Source: a virus (Duplodnaviria > Heunggongvirae > Uroviricota > Caudoviricetes). From it: DNA of 64,000 nucleotides. Below are positions 36,804-46,087 of this stretch, piece by piece. A program made the position numbers and the translations under genes. The stretch lies in IMG/VR virus record IMGVR_UViG_3300032321_001382; one strand, 5' to 3'. Below the pieces are notes generated by a model. The model saw only the letters and a list, made by a program, of their open reading frames with translations, was not told where the DNA came from and did not search any database. How positions within the stretch are numbered: position 1 is the first letter of the stretch; the number at the start of each line of letters is the position of its first letter.

Positions 36804-37840
36804 TTATATAAGTTTAAATATTTTTCTTTAGTTAATCTAGAGGATACATTATTGTCAAACTTTGTCACGCTAGAATACATATAAGACAATGATTTACAAA
36901 CATTTATCCAATCATATTTTAATCTAGATTTACTCATTTCGTATACCCATACATCATAGTTTCCAATTATATGTTTTATACCATCAATTAGGCACATAGT
37001 CATTAAAGAGCCAGATGGTAATGGTTCCTGAATTACATACATACCATCAATATCTTTTGTACCCTTGTAAGTACCAACGATGGGTAAACAACAACTAGCT
37101 GATTCCAATAATGTCAAATTTGGATGACCAGCTTCTAAAAAAGAAGGATGTAAAAATATTGTGTGTTCTTTATATATATCTAAAAGTTCATTTTCAGTTG
37201 GGTTATTATCTATAATTCTTAGATTGCTATATTCTAATAGGTCTTTATGCAAATCAAAAAATTGTTTATTTGCTTGGGCTCCTACTATTGTTATGGGCAA
37301 GTTTAATTCTTTTGCAGCATTTATTCCATGTATAAAACCCTTTCTATCAATACTTTGGTCTCCAGCTAATCCATTATTAGCTACCATAAGTAATTTATGG
37401 TTTACATAATCATTTTTAAAACTTGGAGTAAAAAAGCTAGTGTTTACGCCATGTGACAAGTAAAATAATTTATCTGTTTCTTCAAAATATTGAATTAAAT
37501 GCTCTGCGTGTGTTATTGAGAATATAGAACCTTTCATAGCTTCTAAATTTTGCTTGTATACGTCACTATCTTTTCCATACCATTCTGTGTGGTGGTCATG
37601 CAATGAGAAAATATATGGTATATTACGACTTTTTGCCTCTAAGCATAGATTAGCCATATGTATATGAACTATGTCATATTCCATTGGTCTGATATCGTTT
37701 AGGTACTTAATATCAACACTATGTCCTAGTTCTTCAAAAGAACTTTTATATTCTCTTATAATTTTCTCAACAGCTCCCCAACCCATTTCCCCAATAGGTT
37801 TAATTGGAATCATTCCCGTTTGCAATTGGCAAATTCTCAT
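36800..37840 (-). CDS. GT4-family (GT-B) glycosyltransferase
   Basis: 346 aa; the C-terminal FLHPSFLEAGHPNLTLLESASCCLPIVGT matches the GT4 E-x7-E region. Confidence 0.65.
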   Translation of the reverse strand: MRICQLQTGMIPIKPIGEMGWGAVEKIIREYKSSFEELGHSVDIKYLNDIRPMEYDIVHIHMANLCLEAKSRNIPYIFSLHDHHTEWYGKDSDVYKQNLEAMKGSIFSITHAEHLIQYFEETDKLFYLSHGVNTSFFTPSFKNDYVNHKLLMVANNGLAGDQSIDRKGFIHGINAAKELNLPITIVGAQANKQFFDLHKDLLEYSNLRIIDNNPTENELLDIYKEHTIFLHPSFLEAGHPNLTLLESASCCLPIVGTYKGTKDIDGMYVIQEPLPSGSLMTMCLIDGIKHIIGNYDVWVYEMSKSRLKYDWINVCKSLSYMYSSVTKFDNNVSSRLTKEKYLNLYK

Positions 37841-40527
37841 ATAAATGTTTTTTCTTGTTTATCAATAAGTGAATATCCATTCAATTGTGTCGTTATCCTA
37901 TGCTTCAAAATACCCATCTTGTATGGAGATTTTTTAAAAATAGTATTGAAATATATATCAGCAGCATCCCATTTGTGAGTCCTCAATGTTTCAAACAACC
38001 ATTTTTTAGTATATTTTGGGAACATAATACATTGTAAACCAATTATCTTGTCGGTAATAAACAATAAATCTTGATTAGGTATTTCTTCAATTACATTTGA
38101 CTGCAACCACCCATGCTCTAAAGTTCTAGTATCTCCAAATGACATATAACCAATATTGTTTTTAGTAACAATTTTCAAAGAATTACTTATTATATCTATA
38201 AACTCATTTATAGTACTTTCTATTAAACAATCTCCCTCACAAACTATAAGAAAATCTTCGTCATCGAACTCTGTTAATATAGCATTTTTAAAAGATTCGT
38301 AACACCCATAATGAGAGGGTGTAAGAGCTGTTCCAATTTCCTGAATGCGATTTTCTTCAAATAAAAACATAGATACGCAAGCTGGTCTTAAACAATTACC
38401 CCTTGGTGGCAAATCGCTATATGGCTCGTTTGTGTGTAATACATACTCCCATCCAAAATCCTTAACTCTTTCTAAAGACTCTTTGCTTATTTTATGCTTT
38501 TCATCATTAAGTGTAGTTTGAATATGGACTAATTTTATTTTTGGCATTTTATTTTTATGCTTGAAGCTTCCAGTTTTATCGTAATCATTTATATTTTTTT
38601 CATTCATTAAATATTTTTCAACTTTATATATGTCATCTCCATCGTAAAACTCTAGTATTATTTCAATTTCTTTTCCATCATAATAAAACTCTTTTTTAAA
38701 CTCCCTAGTCTTATTTATTTGGAAACTATTATTGTAAAACTCTAATCCATTTTCTTTCATTGTAACATTTATCTTCCTTTCATCTATGTTATAAGTAAAA
38801 AAGTAAAACATATATTTATTTACAAACTCAATAGGCAAAATTGAGTAGTACTCTGAATTTGAAGCTACGCCAACACCGCTATTGGTTAAAAATGTATCTT
38901 GTTCATTTTCAATAAGATGAACGTCATTTTCATTAAATGATAATACCTTCTTAACTAGATAATCTTCTAAAAAATTCTGAGCTCCAATATTTTCACAAGC
39001 ACGATTGTAAGACTCTGCATCTCTTACATTATCAAAATTGTGTAAAAAGAAATCAACGCTAAAAGTCATTCCATTTGTTTGTATACCTCTTCCAAATGGC
39101 GTAGCTAGTGTTCCCAAATAGGCTTGACATTTGCCAGATTCTATATAACTAAGAGATTCATTTATAGTAGCTAAGTCATCCTCATGTACAACAACATCAT
39201 AGGTATTATAAAAGAAACGCCTATATCCAAGCTCCCTTGCTAGTTTGGCTCCATTGTACATATTGGTGAGAACAGTTAATGATTGATTGCTATTCTTTAA
39301 TCCATTGATATTTATATCAACCTCGTATTCATTATTGTAATTAAAAAACTTTGTATAAAAACTATGATGCGTCAAGGGATTATTCGCGTCATATACATAA
39401 TAATCAACCATTTTTTGTATTTCTAAATCCACGGGGTAATGTGAAACAAGCATTATCTTCCTTTCTAATTTATAAAGACTTTGTATTGTATCCTTAGTAA
39501 GCTGAACCCTACTTTTTAAATTAGGATAAGTACCAATTATAATAAGCTCTTCTCCATTTACCTTGGGCTTTGGGTTAGTGATTCTCAATATAATATTAGA
39601 ATCCTCCTTCAAATCATCAACTAAAAAATTGAAATTATGCTCATTATTATACCTATTCAAATAAACATCTAGATTAAATAATAGCTTAGGTACATCATCA
39701 AATTTTATTGCCTCTTTGATAACTATTGGGTTTAGTTCTTTGTTATACTTGTCGCCCCTAGATGGAAATAAAAACAAATCGCAAGCCCTAATAAATTCTT
39801 CGGTATCATCTCTTTCTCCCCAAATGATACAATTACTTGGCTTATTATTCATTAGTGGCTGCCAATAACTTGAAAAATTTTCAGCAGTATTACCTAGAAA
39901 ATGAAATTTAATTTTGTAATCTTCTAAACTTTTAGCCAATTCAAATGCATATTTCTGATTCTTTCTAGGGGTAAATAATCCAATAACAACAACGTGCTTA
40001 TAATCGTCTTGCAGTCCTAGTATTTTTCTACTTTCTTTTCTATCTCTATTATATTTATCTACTGGGTACTCTATCAAACTTGTAGGAACATCAAAATCTC
40101 TATATTTTAATAACGTATAAGGACTTACAAAAACAAACTCATCTGGTAAAAAAACCTTGTCTTCAACTTTAAAGCTAGAGTCATGTGTCGTTTCAACTAT
40201 CTTGTATGTCCTATCTTTTTTATATATCAATTTAGCAATCTCACTATCCATAAACATTTCAGGAAACTCCTCCATAGCAATAACGCTTGGATTATATGCT
40301 TGTATTATATTGACTATTAGGCTCTTATCTTCTCCTAGGGAAATAAAGTGGTCGTTTCCGATTAAATCTATAATACGATTTCTTTGTACTATAAAAGTAT
40401 TCGATAGGAAGCTGTACTCTATCAATAATATTTCAAAATCATCTTTTAATAATTCGATTTTATTGGCTGTCACTTGTGGAGCACCGCCAGTTGAACAATG
40501 TGGGGTTATAACTAAAAGTTTTTTCAT
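37837..40527 (-). CDS. 896-aa multidomain glycosyltransferase (N-terminal GT-B-like plus additional domains)
   Basis: N-terminal MKKLLVITPHCSTGGAPQV is Rossmann-like; large central and C-terminal regions follow. It is translationally coupled to flanking glycosyltransferases through 4-nt overlaps. Confidence 0.55.
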   Translation of the reverse strand: MKKLLVITPHCSTGGAPQVTANKIELLKDDFEILLIEYSFLSNTFIVQRNRIIDLIGNDHFISLGEDKSLIVNIIQAYNPSVIAMEEFPEMFMDSEIAKLIYKKDRTYKIVETTHDSSFKVEDKVFLPDEFVFVSPYTLLKYRDFDVPTSLIEYPVDKYNRDRKESRKILGLQDDYKHVVVIGLFTPRKNQKYAFELAKSLEDYKIKFHFLGNTAENFSSYWQPLMNNKPSNCIIWGERDDTEEFIRACDLFLFPSRGDKYNKELNPIVIKEAIKFDDVPKLLFNLDVYLNRYNNEHNFNFLVDDLKEDSNIILRITNPKPKVNGEELIIIGTYPNLKSRVQLTKDTIQSLYKLERKIMLVSHYPVDLEIQKMVDYYVYDANNPLTHHSFYTKFFNYNNEYEVDININGLKNSNQSLTVLTNMYNGAKLARELGYRRFFYNTYDVVVHEDDLATINESLSYIESGKCQAYLGTLATPFGRGIQTNGMTFSVDFFLHNFDNVRDAESYNRACENIGAQNFLEDYLVKKVLSFNENDVHLIENEQDTFLTNSGVGVASNSEYYSILPIEFVNKYMFYFFTYNIDERKINVTMKENGLEFYNNSFQINKTREFKKEFYYDGKEIEIILEFYDGDDIYKVEKYLMNEKNINDYDKTGSFKHKNKMPKIKLVHIQTTLNDEKHKISKESLERVKDFGWEYVLHTNEPYSDLPPRGNCLRPACVSMFLFEENRIQEIGTALTPSHYGCYESFKNAILTEFDDEDFLIVCEGDCLIESTINEFIDIISNSLKIVTKNNIGYMSFGDTRTLEHGWLQSNVIEEIPNQDLLFITDKIIGLQCIMFPKYTKKWLFETLRTHKWDAADIYFNTIFKKSPYKMGILKHRITTQLNGYSLIDKQEKTFI

Positions 40528-41459
40528 ATAATTTCTAATATTTTATTAAATACTTGTTCTGTTGATGGGTGACATTCATATGTCTTTTTGTTTTCTAAGC
40601 ATCCTATAAGTGGGGGAACTCCTTGAATATCGCCCCATTGCTTAACTCCATGCTTCATATTAGAGGCACATTCCAAATTACACGAACCACGAACATAATT
40701 GTATTTGTAGGTTTGACTTAATTTTCTATATGGAGCTCTAAATTCTGGCTTTATAGAAGAGCCTAAATGTATAATATTAGAATCAGTTGTTCCAGCTAAA
40801 TGTAATAAACCAGAGTCCATGGTTACAAAACAAGAAGCCTTGTCAATAAGATTCCAGCAATCAGAAATTGATGTTTTATTCATAAGATTCAATCCATTTT
40901 CTATACTAAAATTAAAAACTGGCTTTTCAACATCAAAAAACCCCATCTCTTTTGAGTCTTTCCCAATAGAGACAACGCTAATACCATTATCATTAAGCAT
41001 TTTCGTCAACAACATCCAATTTATATCTCCCCAAGTTCTACTTTCCCAAGTACTTACTGGGTGTATTAGAACATATCTATCTGGTATTGTGATATTTAAC
41101 TCTTCAATAGGACGATAAAAACACTCTAACTCGTCTTTACCTAGCATAAATCCCAAGCTGATTGCATGAAATTGTCTAATATCTATCATATTGTGCTTGT
41201 ACTCAATCCCCTTTTCATTTTTACCACCAATATTGTAAAATGAATTATGTACTATGTAATTTTTATTTATATAATCCATATTTACCGAGCTTATTTTTAA
41301 ACTTTTATCTACATAGATATTGTTTTTAAATAGCTCTGGCATTAAAGATAGTATGGTTATCTTTTGTTCGTAAGATTCTGATAATTTTTTAATAGTTGGA
41401 GTTGAGCAAATCAAGTCTCCAAGTCCCTTGCACTCACCTAGATTTAAACAAACTTTCAT
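40524..41459 (-). CDS. GT9 heptosyltransferase-like glycosyltransferase with C-terminal Cys cluster
   Basis: 311 aa. LIHPVSTWESRTWGD...DSGLLHLAGTTDSNIIHLGSS is the classic GT9 C-domain. The C-terminal region carries CNLECAS...C...YECH. Confidence 0.65.
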   Translation of the reverse strand: MKVCLNLGECKGLGDLICSTPTIKKLSESYEQKITILSLMPELFKNNIYVDKSLKISSVNMDYINKNYIVHNSFYNIGGKNEKGIEYKHNMIDIRQFHAISLGFMLGKDELECFYRPIEELNITIPDRYVLIHPVSTWESRTWGDINWMLLTKMLNDNGISVVSIGKDSKEMGFFDVEKPVFNFSIENGLNLMNKTSISDCWNLIDKASCFVTMDSGLLHLAGTTDSNIIHLGSSIKPEFRAPYRKLSQTYKYNYVRGSCNLECASNMKHGVKQWGDIQGVPPLIGCLENKKTYECHPSTEQVFNKILEII

Positions 41460-41554
41460 TTAAAATTTTTTTTACTTTCGCATAAGCTAAATAAATTGCT
41501 TATTATATACAAAGATAATGAATAGTTTATTATATTTGCACATTATTTATACAT

Positions 41555-41932
41555 ATGAAAATAGAAATAAGCACTGGAGAAGCACTAGATAGGTTATCGA
41601 TATTGAAAATAAAGTCTACCAAAATAAAAGACCAAAATAAATTAATAAATGTTATAAACGAGTATACATATCTAAAAAATGTAATATATCAAGAGCTTCT
41701 TCTGGATGAGGAAAACAACTTTTTTATATCACTATATAATATCAATAATCTTTTATGGGAAGTCGAGGATGAGTTAAGAAGATTAGAAGTTGATATGATT
41801 TTTAATGATAAATTTATTAATTTCGCCAGAGAGGTTTATAAACTAAACGACCAAAGAGCAAAAATAAAAAAAGATTGTAATGTTTTTCACAAATCAACAT
41901 TTGTTGAAGAAAAGTCTTACAATCATATGTAA
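41555..41932 (+). CDS. hypothetical protein
   Basis: 125-aa ORF at the strand switch. Confidence 0.45.
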   Translation: MKIEISTGEALDRLSILKIKSTKIKDQNKLINVINEYTYLKNVIYQELLLDEENNFFISLYNINNLLWEVEDELRRLEVDMIFNDKFINFAREVYKLNDQRAKIKKDCNVFHKSTFVEEKSYNHM

Positions 41933-41964
41933 ATAATTGATTTACAATTAAATATGAAAATAAA

Positions 41965-42408
41965 ATGATAATATTACTTTATGGGCAACCAGCCTCTGGA
42001 AAAACTACACTCTCCAACGAATTGATGAGAATTTACGATAAGGAAGACGCTATTCAAATAGATGGCGATAAGTGGAGAGATGTTACAAAAAATAAAGATT
42101 ATAGCAAAGAAGGTAGAAATCGCAACCTAAAAGGTGCTTTTGATATGGCTATATACTTAGAAAGGGCTGGTTATATGCCAATTTTAAGCTTTGTAACACC
42201 CTATGAAGAATATAGGAAATACTTGGCAGAAAATAGCAATAAACTTATTGAAATATACTTGTTTTATAATGAAAGCGTAGATAGAGGTAGAAATGATTTT
42301 TTTGCAAAAGACTTTGAAAAACCATCCAAGGACTTTTTAGCATTAAATACCTCTTTGTTTTCAGTAGAACAATGTGTTAATGAAATAATTAACTATATTA
42401 AAATTTAA
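41965..42408 (+). CDS. cysC: adenylylsulfate (APS) kinase
   Basis: 147 aa. LLYGQPASGKTTLS (P-loop) and IDGDKWRD...SKEGRNRNLKGAFDMAIYLERAGYMPILSFVTPY align motif-for-motif with the CysC blocks LDGDNVR...S..DR.ENIRR..EVA....AG.....AFISP. Confidence 0.7.
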   Translation: MIILLYGQPASGKTTLSNELMRIYDKEDAIQIDGDKWRDVTKNKDYSKEGRNRNLKGAFDMAIYLERAGYMPILSFVTPYEEYRKYLAENSNKLIEIYLFYNESVDRGRNDFFAKDFEKPSKDFLALNTSLFSVEQCVNEIINYIKI

Positions 42409-42414
42409 TAATAT

Positions 42415-42813
42415 ATGTGGGAAAATAAAGTTTATGTAAAAAGTAGTTTAATGCCAAAGGCAACCCAATATGCACTATTTATTGGAAGATGGCAACCACT
42501 GCATGATGGTCACAAAGCTCTTTTTCAACAAGTCTTGGATAGAGGAGAAAGTGTTTGTATAGCTATAAGGGATGGGGAAACAAACGAAAAAAATCCGTTT
42601 ACTCCACAAGAGGTTTTAGAGAAAATATCAGAATATTATAAAGACAATATCGTTTCAGGAAAAGTCAAAGTCATTATCATACCAGATATTTGTAGCGTTA
42701 ACTTTGGAAGAGGGGTAGGTTATGATATCATAGAGCATATTCCCCCATCAGAAATAGCAGACATTAGCGCAACTAAGGTGCGTGAAGAAATGCGTAAAAA
42801 AGGTGAATTATGA
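42415..42813 (+). CDS. cytidylyltransferase-family nucleotidyltransferase (TagD-like, HxGH)
   Basis: 132 aa; FIGRWQPLHDGH is the (T/H)xGH motif and the C-terminal ADISATKVREEM matches ISTTxIKEEI of glycerol-3-phosphate cytidylyltransferase. Confidence 0.65.
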   Translation: MWENKVYVKSSLMPKATQYALFIGRWQPLHDGHKALFQQVLDRGESVCIAIRDGETNEKNPFTPQEVLEKISEYYKDNIVSGKVKVIIIPDICSVNFGRGVGYDIIEHIPPSEIADISATKVREEMRKKGEL

Positions 42814-43031
42814 GCTTAGGAGTAGATAAAAAACGACATATTGCCAAGACTATTAGTTATAGGGTTTTAAGCACCCTAATTGGCTTTTTAATAATGTGGG
42901 CTATCAGTGGCTCGCTTAAGGTTGGAGCCGCCTTTGGAGTGGCTGAAATCGTCTATAAACCCATACAATACTATATCCATGAAAGGATATGGTATAAATA
43001 CATCAAATTCGGGTTAAAAAATAAAAAATAA
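42810..43031 (+). CDS. DUF2061-like small membrane protein
   Basis: 73 aa; KTISYRVLSTLIGFLIMWAISGSLKVGAAFGVAEIVYKPIQYYIHERIWYK matches the DUF2061 pattern. By my recollection this family is often encoded next to sulfate-activation genes. Confidence 0.5.
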   Translation: MSLGVDKKRHIAKTISYRVLSTLIGFLIMWAISGSLKVGAAFGVAEIVYKPIQYYIHERIWYKYIKFGLKNKK

Positions 43032-43109
43032 GTAAAAAAAATAGCCTTATTTTTGCTAATATACCCTAATTTAGTGGTATAATATTATTTTTATATCAAA
43101 ATGTAAGAT

Positions 43110-43397
43110 ATGGCGGTAGAAGTTGCTCAGTTAGAAGCGAAAGTCGAGGTATTGACTACGCAAGTTAATGTTATGAATGCTAGTCTAAAGAACATGGACG
43201 ACAATGTAAAAGAGCTATATACAGCCCTTGTAGGTAATAAGCATTTTGGTCAAGAAGGAGCTATAAAAAGGATTGAAAACCTTGAAGAAACCCATGAACA
43301 ATGGAAAACAAAAGTTAACTGGATGTATGGCTATATTTTTGGTATTGCCAGTATTGCTACAATTGTAGTTGAATTCCTTAAAGCAAAATTTAAATAG
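43110..43397 (+). CDS. coiled-coil protein with C-terminal TM (holin-like candidate)
   Basis: 95 aa; C-terminal WMYGYIFGIASIATIVVEFLKAKFK. Confidence 0.4.
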   Translation: MAVEVAQLEAKVEVLTTQVNVMNASLKNMDDNVKELYTALVGNKHFGQEGAIKRIENLEETHEQWKTKVNWMYGYIFGIASIATIVVEFLKAKFK

Positions 43398-43853
43398 ATG
43401 AAAAAAATTGATAAAAGAGTTTGGTGGTCTTTGCCTATTTTATTAGGCATTTATTTAGTTTTCAGACAATACTCTAAAAACAAACCAGCTGTATCGCAAC
43501 CAACGCTTCCATCTGATATTATAAAAACAATAAACAAAATTTCAGCTAATCCAGTTTACTCAAGCAGTTATCCATTAAAAAATGGTAGCAGAGATACTGG
43601 TTCTCCAATTGTGCCAAAAGGATTAGTTGTTGAACTCCAAAAGCTTATAAATCAAAGAGGTTATGTACCTAATTCTTCAGGCATATTAGCTTATACGAAG
43701 TTAAATGAGGATGGTATATTTGGTCCTAAAACTCAAGATGCAGTTTATTTTTGGACTGGTAAAAAGACTATTGATGATGAATCTGATTTATCTATCTTGA
43801 GCGATGCACTTGTTAATAAGTTGCCATTCTCTAATACCCAAATTTTATACTAA
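43398..43853 (+). CDS. N-terminally anchored peptidoglycan-binding domain protein (PG_binding_1-like)
   Basis: 151 aa; LVVELQKLINQRGYVPNSSGILAY...EDGIFGPKTQDAVYFW matches the PG_binding_1 consensus (LQ..L...GY......DGIFGP.T..AV..FQ). Confidence 0.65.
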   Translation: MKKIDKRVWWSLPILLGIYLVFRQYSKNKPAVSQPTLPSDIIKTINKISANPVYSSSYPLKNGSRDTGSPIVPKGLVVELQKLINQRGYVPNSSGILAYTKLNEDGIFGPKTQDAVYFWTGKKTIDDESDLSILSDALVNKLPFSNTQILY

Positions 43854-43865
43854 AAAACTCAAAAA

Positions 43866-44207
43866 ATGTCTCTATCAGATACTTTACAACAATTAATCCA
43901 ATCTGGAATTCAAGTAGCAGCATATTCTACAAATGTTGCTAATAGTGGTGTATCTACAGCTGACACATTAAAGAATCAATTATATGCTAATTCAGCAAAA
44001 ATTCAATCATTGATTAACAAGATATTAGAGAAGGGTGGTATTGTTACTCAAGATGAAGTAAATGCTTTAGATGAGCAAATTAGAATTGCAAAATTAAAAG
44101 CCTTACAAGCAGAATCTAAAATGTCAACAAACAAATATGCAATATATGTAATTGCTGGACTTGCTGTAGTTGGAGCTATTTGGTATTACACTTATAAAAA
44201 GATATAA
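43866..44207 (+). CDS. C-terminally anchored coiled-coil protein
   Basis: 113 aa; C-terminal YAIYVIAGLAVVGAIWYYTYKK. Confidence 0.5.
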   Translation: MSLSDTLQQLIQSGIQVAAYSTNVANSGVSTADTLKNQLYANSAKIQSLINKILEKGGIVTQDEVNALDEQIRIAKLKALQAESKMSTNKYAIYVIAGLAVVGAIWYYTYKKI

Positions 44208-44208
44208 A

Positions 44209-44553
44209 ATGAATAAGATTTTAGTAAAATGGGTTTTAATATTTGGTGGTGGATTATTAGGATTTACTTTGTTCAAACCCAAAAAGCAAACTTTAATAGC
44301 TGCAAACACTAGCGTTGATAGTTCTGCTGATAAATCATTCGATGATACAGAGTCTGATATTAAACCCACCGTAGAAAATGCAGAAATAGTTGCAAGGGCT
44401 TATGGAGCAGCTATGCAAAATAATGAACCAAATGCGACCCTTTCGGAATTAAATAAAGAATGCATGAAAGATTATGGCTTACGATGCTATATGGACAAGG
44501 GCGGTAAATTAGTGGTTTGTGATAAATCTGGTGATATTATATTAAAAAAATAG
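44209..44553 (+). CDS. signal-anchor paralog (MNKILVKWVLIFGGGLLGFTLFKPKK)
   Basis: Track ORF 44170..44553 trimmed to the in-frame ATG at 44209, directly after the upstream stop. Confidence 0.5.
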   Translation: MNKILVKWVLIFGGGLLGFTLFKPKKQTLIAANTSVDSSADKSFDDTESDIKPTVENAEIVARAYGAAMQNNEPNATLSELNKECMKDYGLRCYMDKGGKLVVCDKSGDIILKK

Positions 44554-44554
44554 A

Positions 44555-45841
44555 ATGGCTAATGAGACCTCACTATCGGCTGCATCCCAAGGTTTAGGTG
44601 ATGTAAACATAAACTTGTTTATAAGAAATAATAGAAATTATATACAAGGAGTCGGTGTTATGGGTCAAGGTGGCGGAACTTCTGTCAATGCCAATATTGA
44701 ATATAGATGGAATTTTACCAATTTTGTTTTTAATACTACCCTTCCATATACTGCAATCCTTCAATATAGGGGTGTAGGTGCAACAATTTATAATACTATT
44801 CAAGTCGTTGTTAATGGAACTGATGTAGAGGCTGTTGCTTCAGCACTTAACAGAACACTAATTAGTCAGTTTAATACATATACAGATGCTGGACAAACTT
44901 ATTTAAGTACATACAACAACAAAACAGAATTTAATACATTATACCTAGTTAACCAAGTACCTGATAATATAGCGGATTACATGGTTACTGAAGATGGCTT
45001 GTATATGGTAACCGAAAGTGGTGAACTTTTAATTACACAAGATGTTTCTACAAATGAATTCTTAGTTGAGGTTGTTGTTTATCCAACCGATGACCCAGCA
45101 GTTTTGGTTTATATTCAAGAAGGAGGTGGAGGTGGAACTGGTGGTGTAACTTATGGTCAAGTTGTATCATCTTATGGACAAAATAATTATGATGTTAAAG
45201 GTCTATACATATATTCTCCAAATCAACAACAATTAAATAAGCCAATATCTTATTCATCATATGATGCTCAGGGTAATGCTCAGGTAATAGCTATACCTAA
45301 TGTTTTAAATCCAAATCAAATAGTACCATCTTCACTAGTTGATTTATCTCAATTTGACGGTTCTATTATATTAGATGGTCAGTCTCAAATAAACACACAA
45401 GTTTTACCATTTAATAGTTTACAAATAAAATTCTTGTCTAAAGAAATTGCTAGTAGTGCTGATTTAAGTAATAACTTTTTAGATATGGAAGAAATAACTG
45501 GTACTAAATTCTTTGAGCCACAAGGCGGTGATATTAGTGAGTTTGAAAGAAAAGATGCAGAAATTATAAATGCAATACCAGAAGAGGTTACAAATAGAAC
45601 TCAATTACAAAAATTTAAAACTAATATTAGGAATAATAATGAACCACAAAATAATGGAGATTTAGAATTGGATATATTTAAAGATATATTTAAATCTAAT
45701 ATAAATAAAAAAGGAAAAGAAAATAAATTAAAGTCGGAATCATTAACTAACTTATTGTCAAGTGATTATGTTCCAGTATTATTAATAGGTGTTATCACAT
45801 TTGCTACCTTTATGGCAATTTACAATAAAGATAAAGGATAG
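44555..45841 (+). CDS. hypothetical 428-aa protein, N-terminal beta-rich domain, C-terminal TM
   Basis: Long ORF; C-terminal VPVLLIGVITFATFMAIY anchor; Gly-rich GGGGTGG linker. Confidence 0.55.
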   Translation: MANETSLSAASQGLGDVNINLFIRNNRNYIQGVGVMGQGGGTSVNANIEYRWNFTNFVFNTTLPYTAILQYRGVGATIYNTIQVVVNGTDVEAVASALNRTLISQFNTYTDAGQTYLSTYNNKTEFNTLYLVNQVPDNIADYMVTEDGLYMVTESGELLITQDVSTNEFLVEVVVYPTDDPAVLVYIQEGGGGGTGGVTYGQVVSSYGQNNYDVKGLYIYSPNQQQLNKPISYSSYDAQGNAQVIAIPNVLNPNQIVPSSLVDLSQFDGSIILDGQSQINTQVLPFNSLQIKFLSKEIASSADLSNNFLDMEEITGTKFFEPQGGDISEFERKDAEIINAIPEEVTNRTQLQKFKTNIRNNNEPQNNGDLELDIFKDIFKSNINKKGKENKLKSESLTNLLSSDYVPVLLIGVITFATFMAIYNKDKG

Positions 45842-45842
45842 C

Positions 45843-46055
45843 TTAATTTAAGCTTGCTCTAGCATCATGGTCTATAACGTGCAAATAATATTGCTTAGTT
45901 GCAGAGATAACACAATCTGAGAAAAACTTATTATTACACATAGCACTATATATCATGCTAGTGAGTGTATCCTTTGAAGCTAATACATCAACTTCAACAG
46001 CATCTCTCCCATCAACATCCATCATACTTAACTTTATATAATCCTTATCTAACAT
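45843..46055 (-). CDS. small hypothetical protein
   Basis: 70-aa ORF, the first gene of the minus-strand block. Confidence 0.4.
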   Translation of the reverse strand: MLDKDYIKLSMMDVDGRDAVEVDVLASKDTLTSMIYSAMCNNKFFSDCVISATKQYYLHVIDHDARASLN

Positions 46056-46087
46056 AATATATATTTATGGTTTAAAATTAATGAATT

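Noticed and set aside
42415-42813. A minimal ATP sulfurylase, considered because of the HxGH motif next to cysC
   Set aside because: At 132 aa it is far too small for Sat. The C-terminal ISxTK(V/I)REE motif and overall length match TagD-type cytidylyltransferases instead.
45841-45870. Perfect palindrome AGCTTAATTTAAGCT at the convergent junction
   Set aside because: The stem is AT-rich with essentially no loop. It is more likely a chance or site-like palindrome than a terminator and is not listed as a feature.
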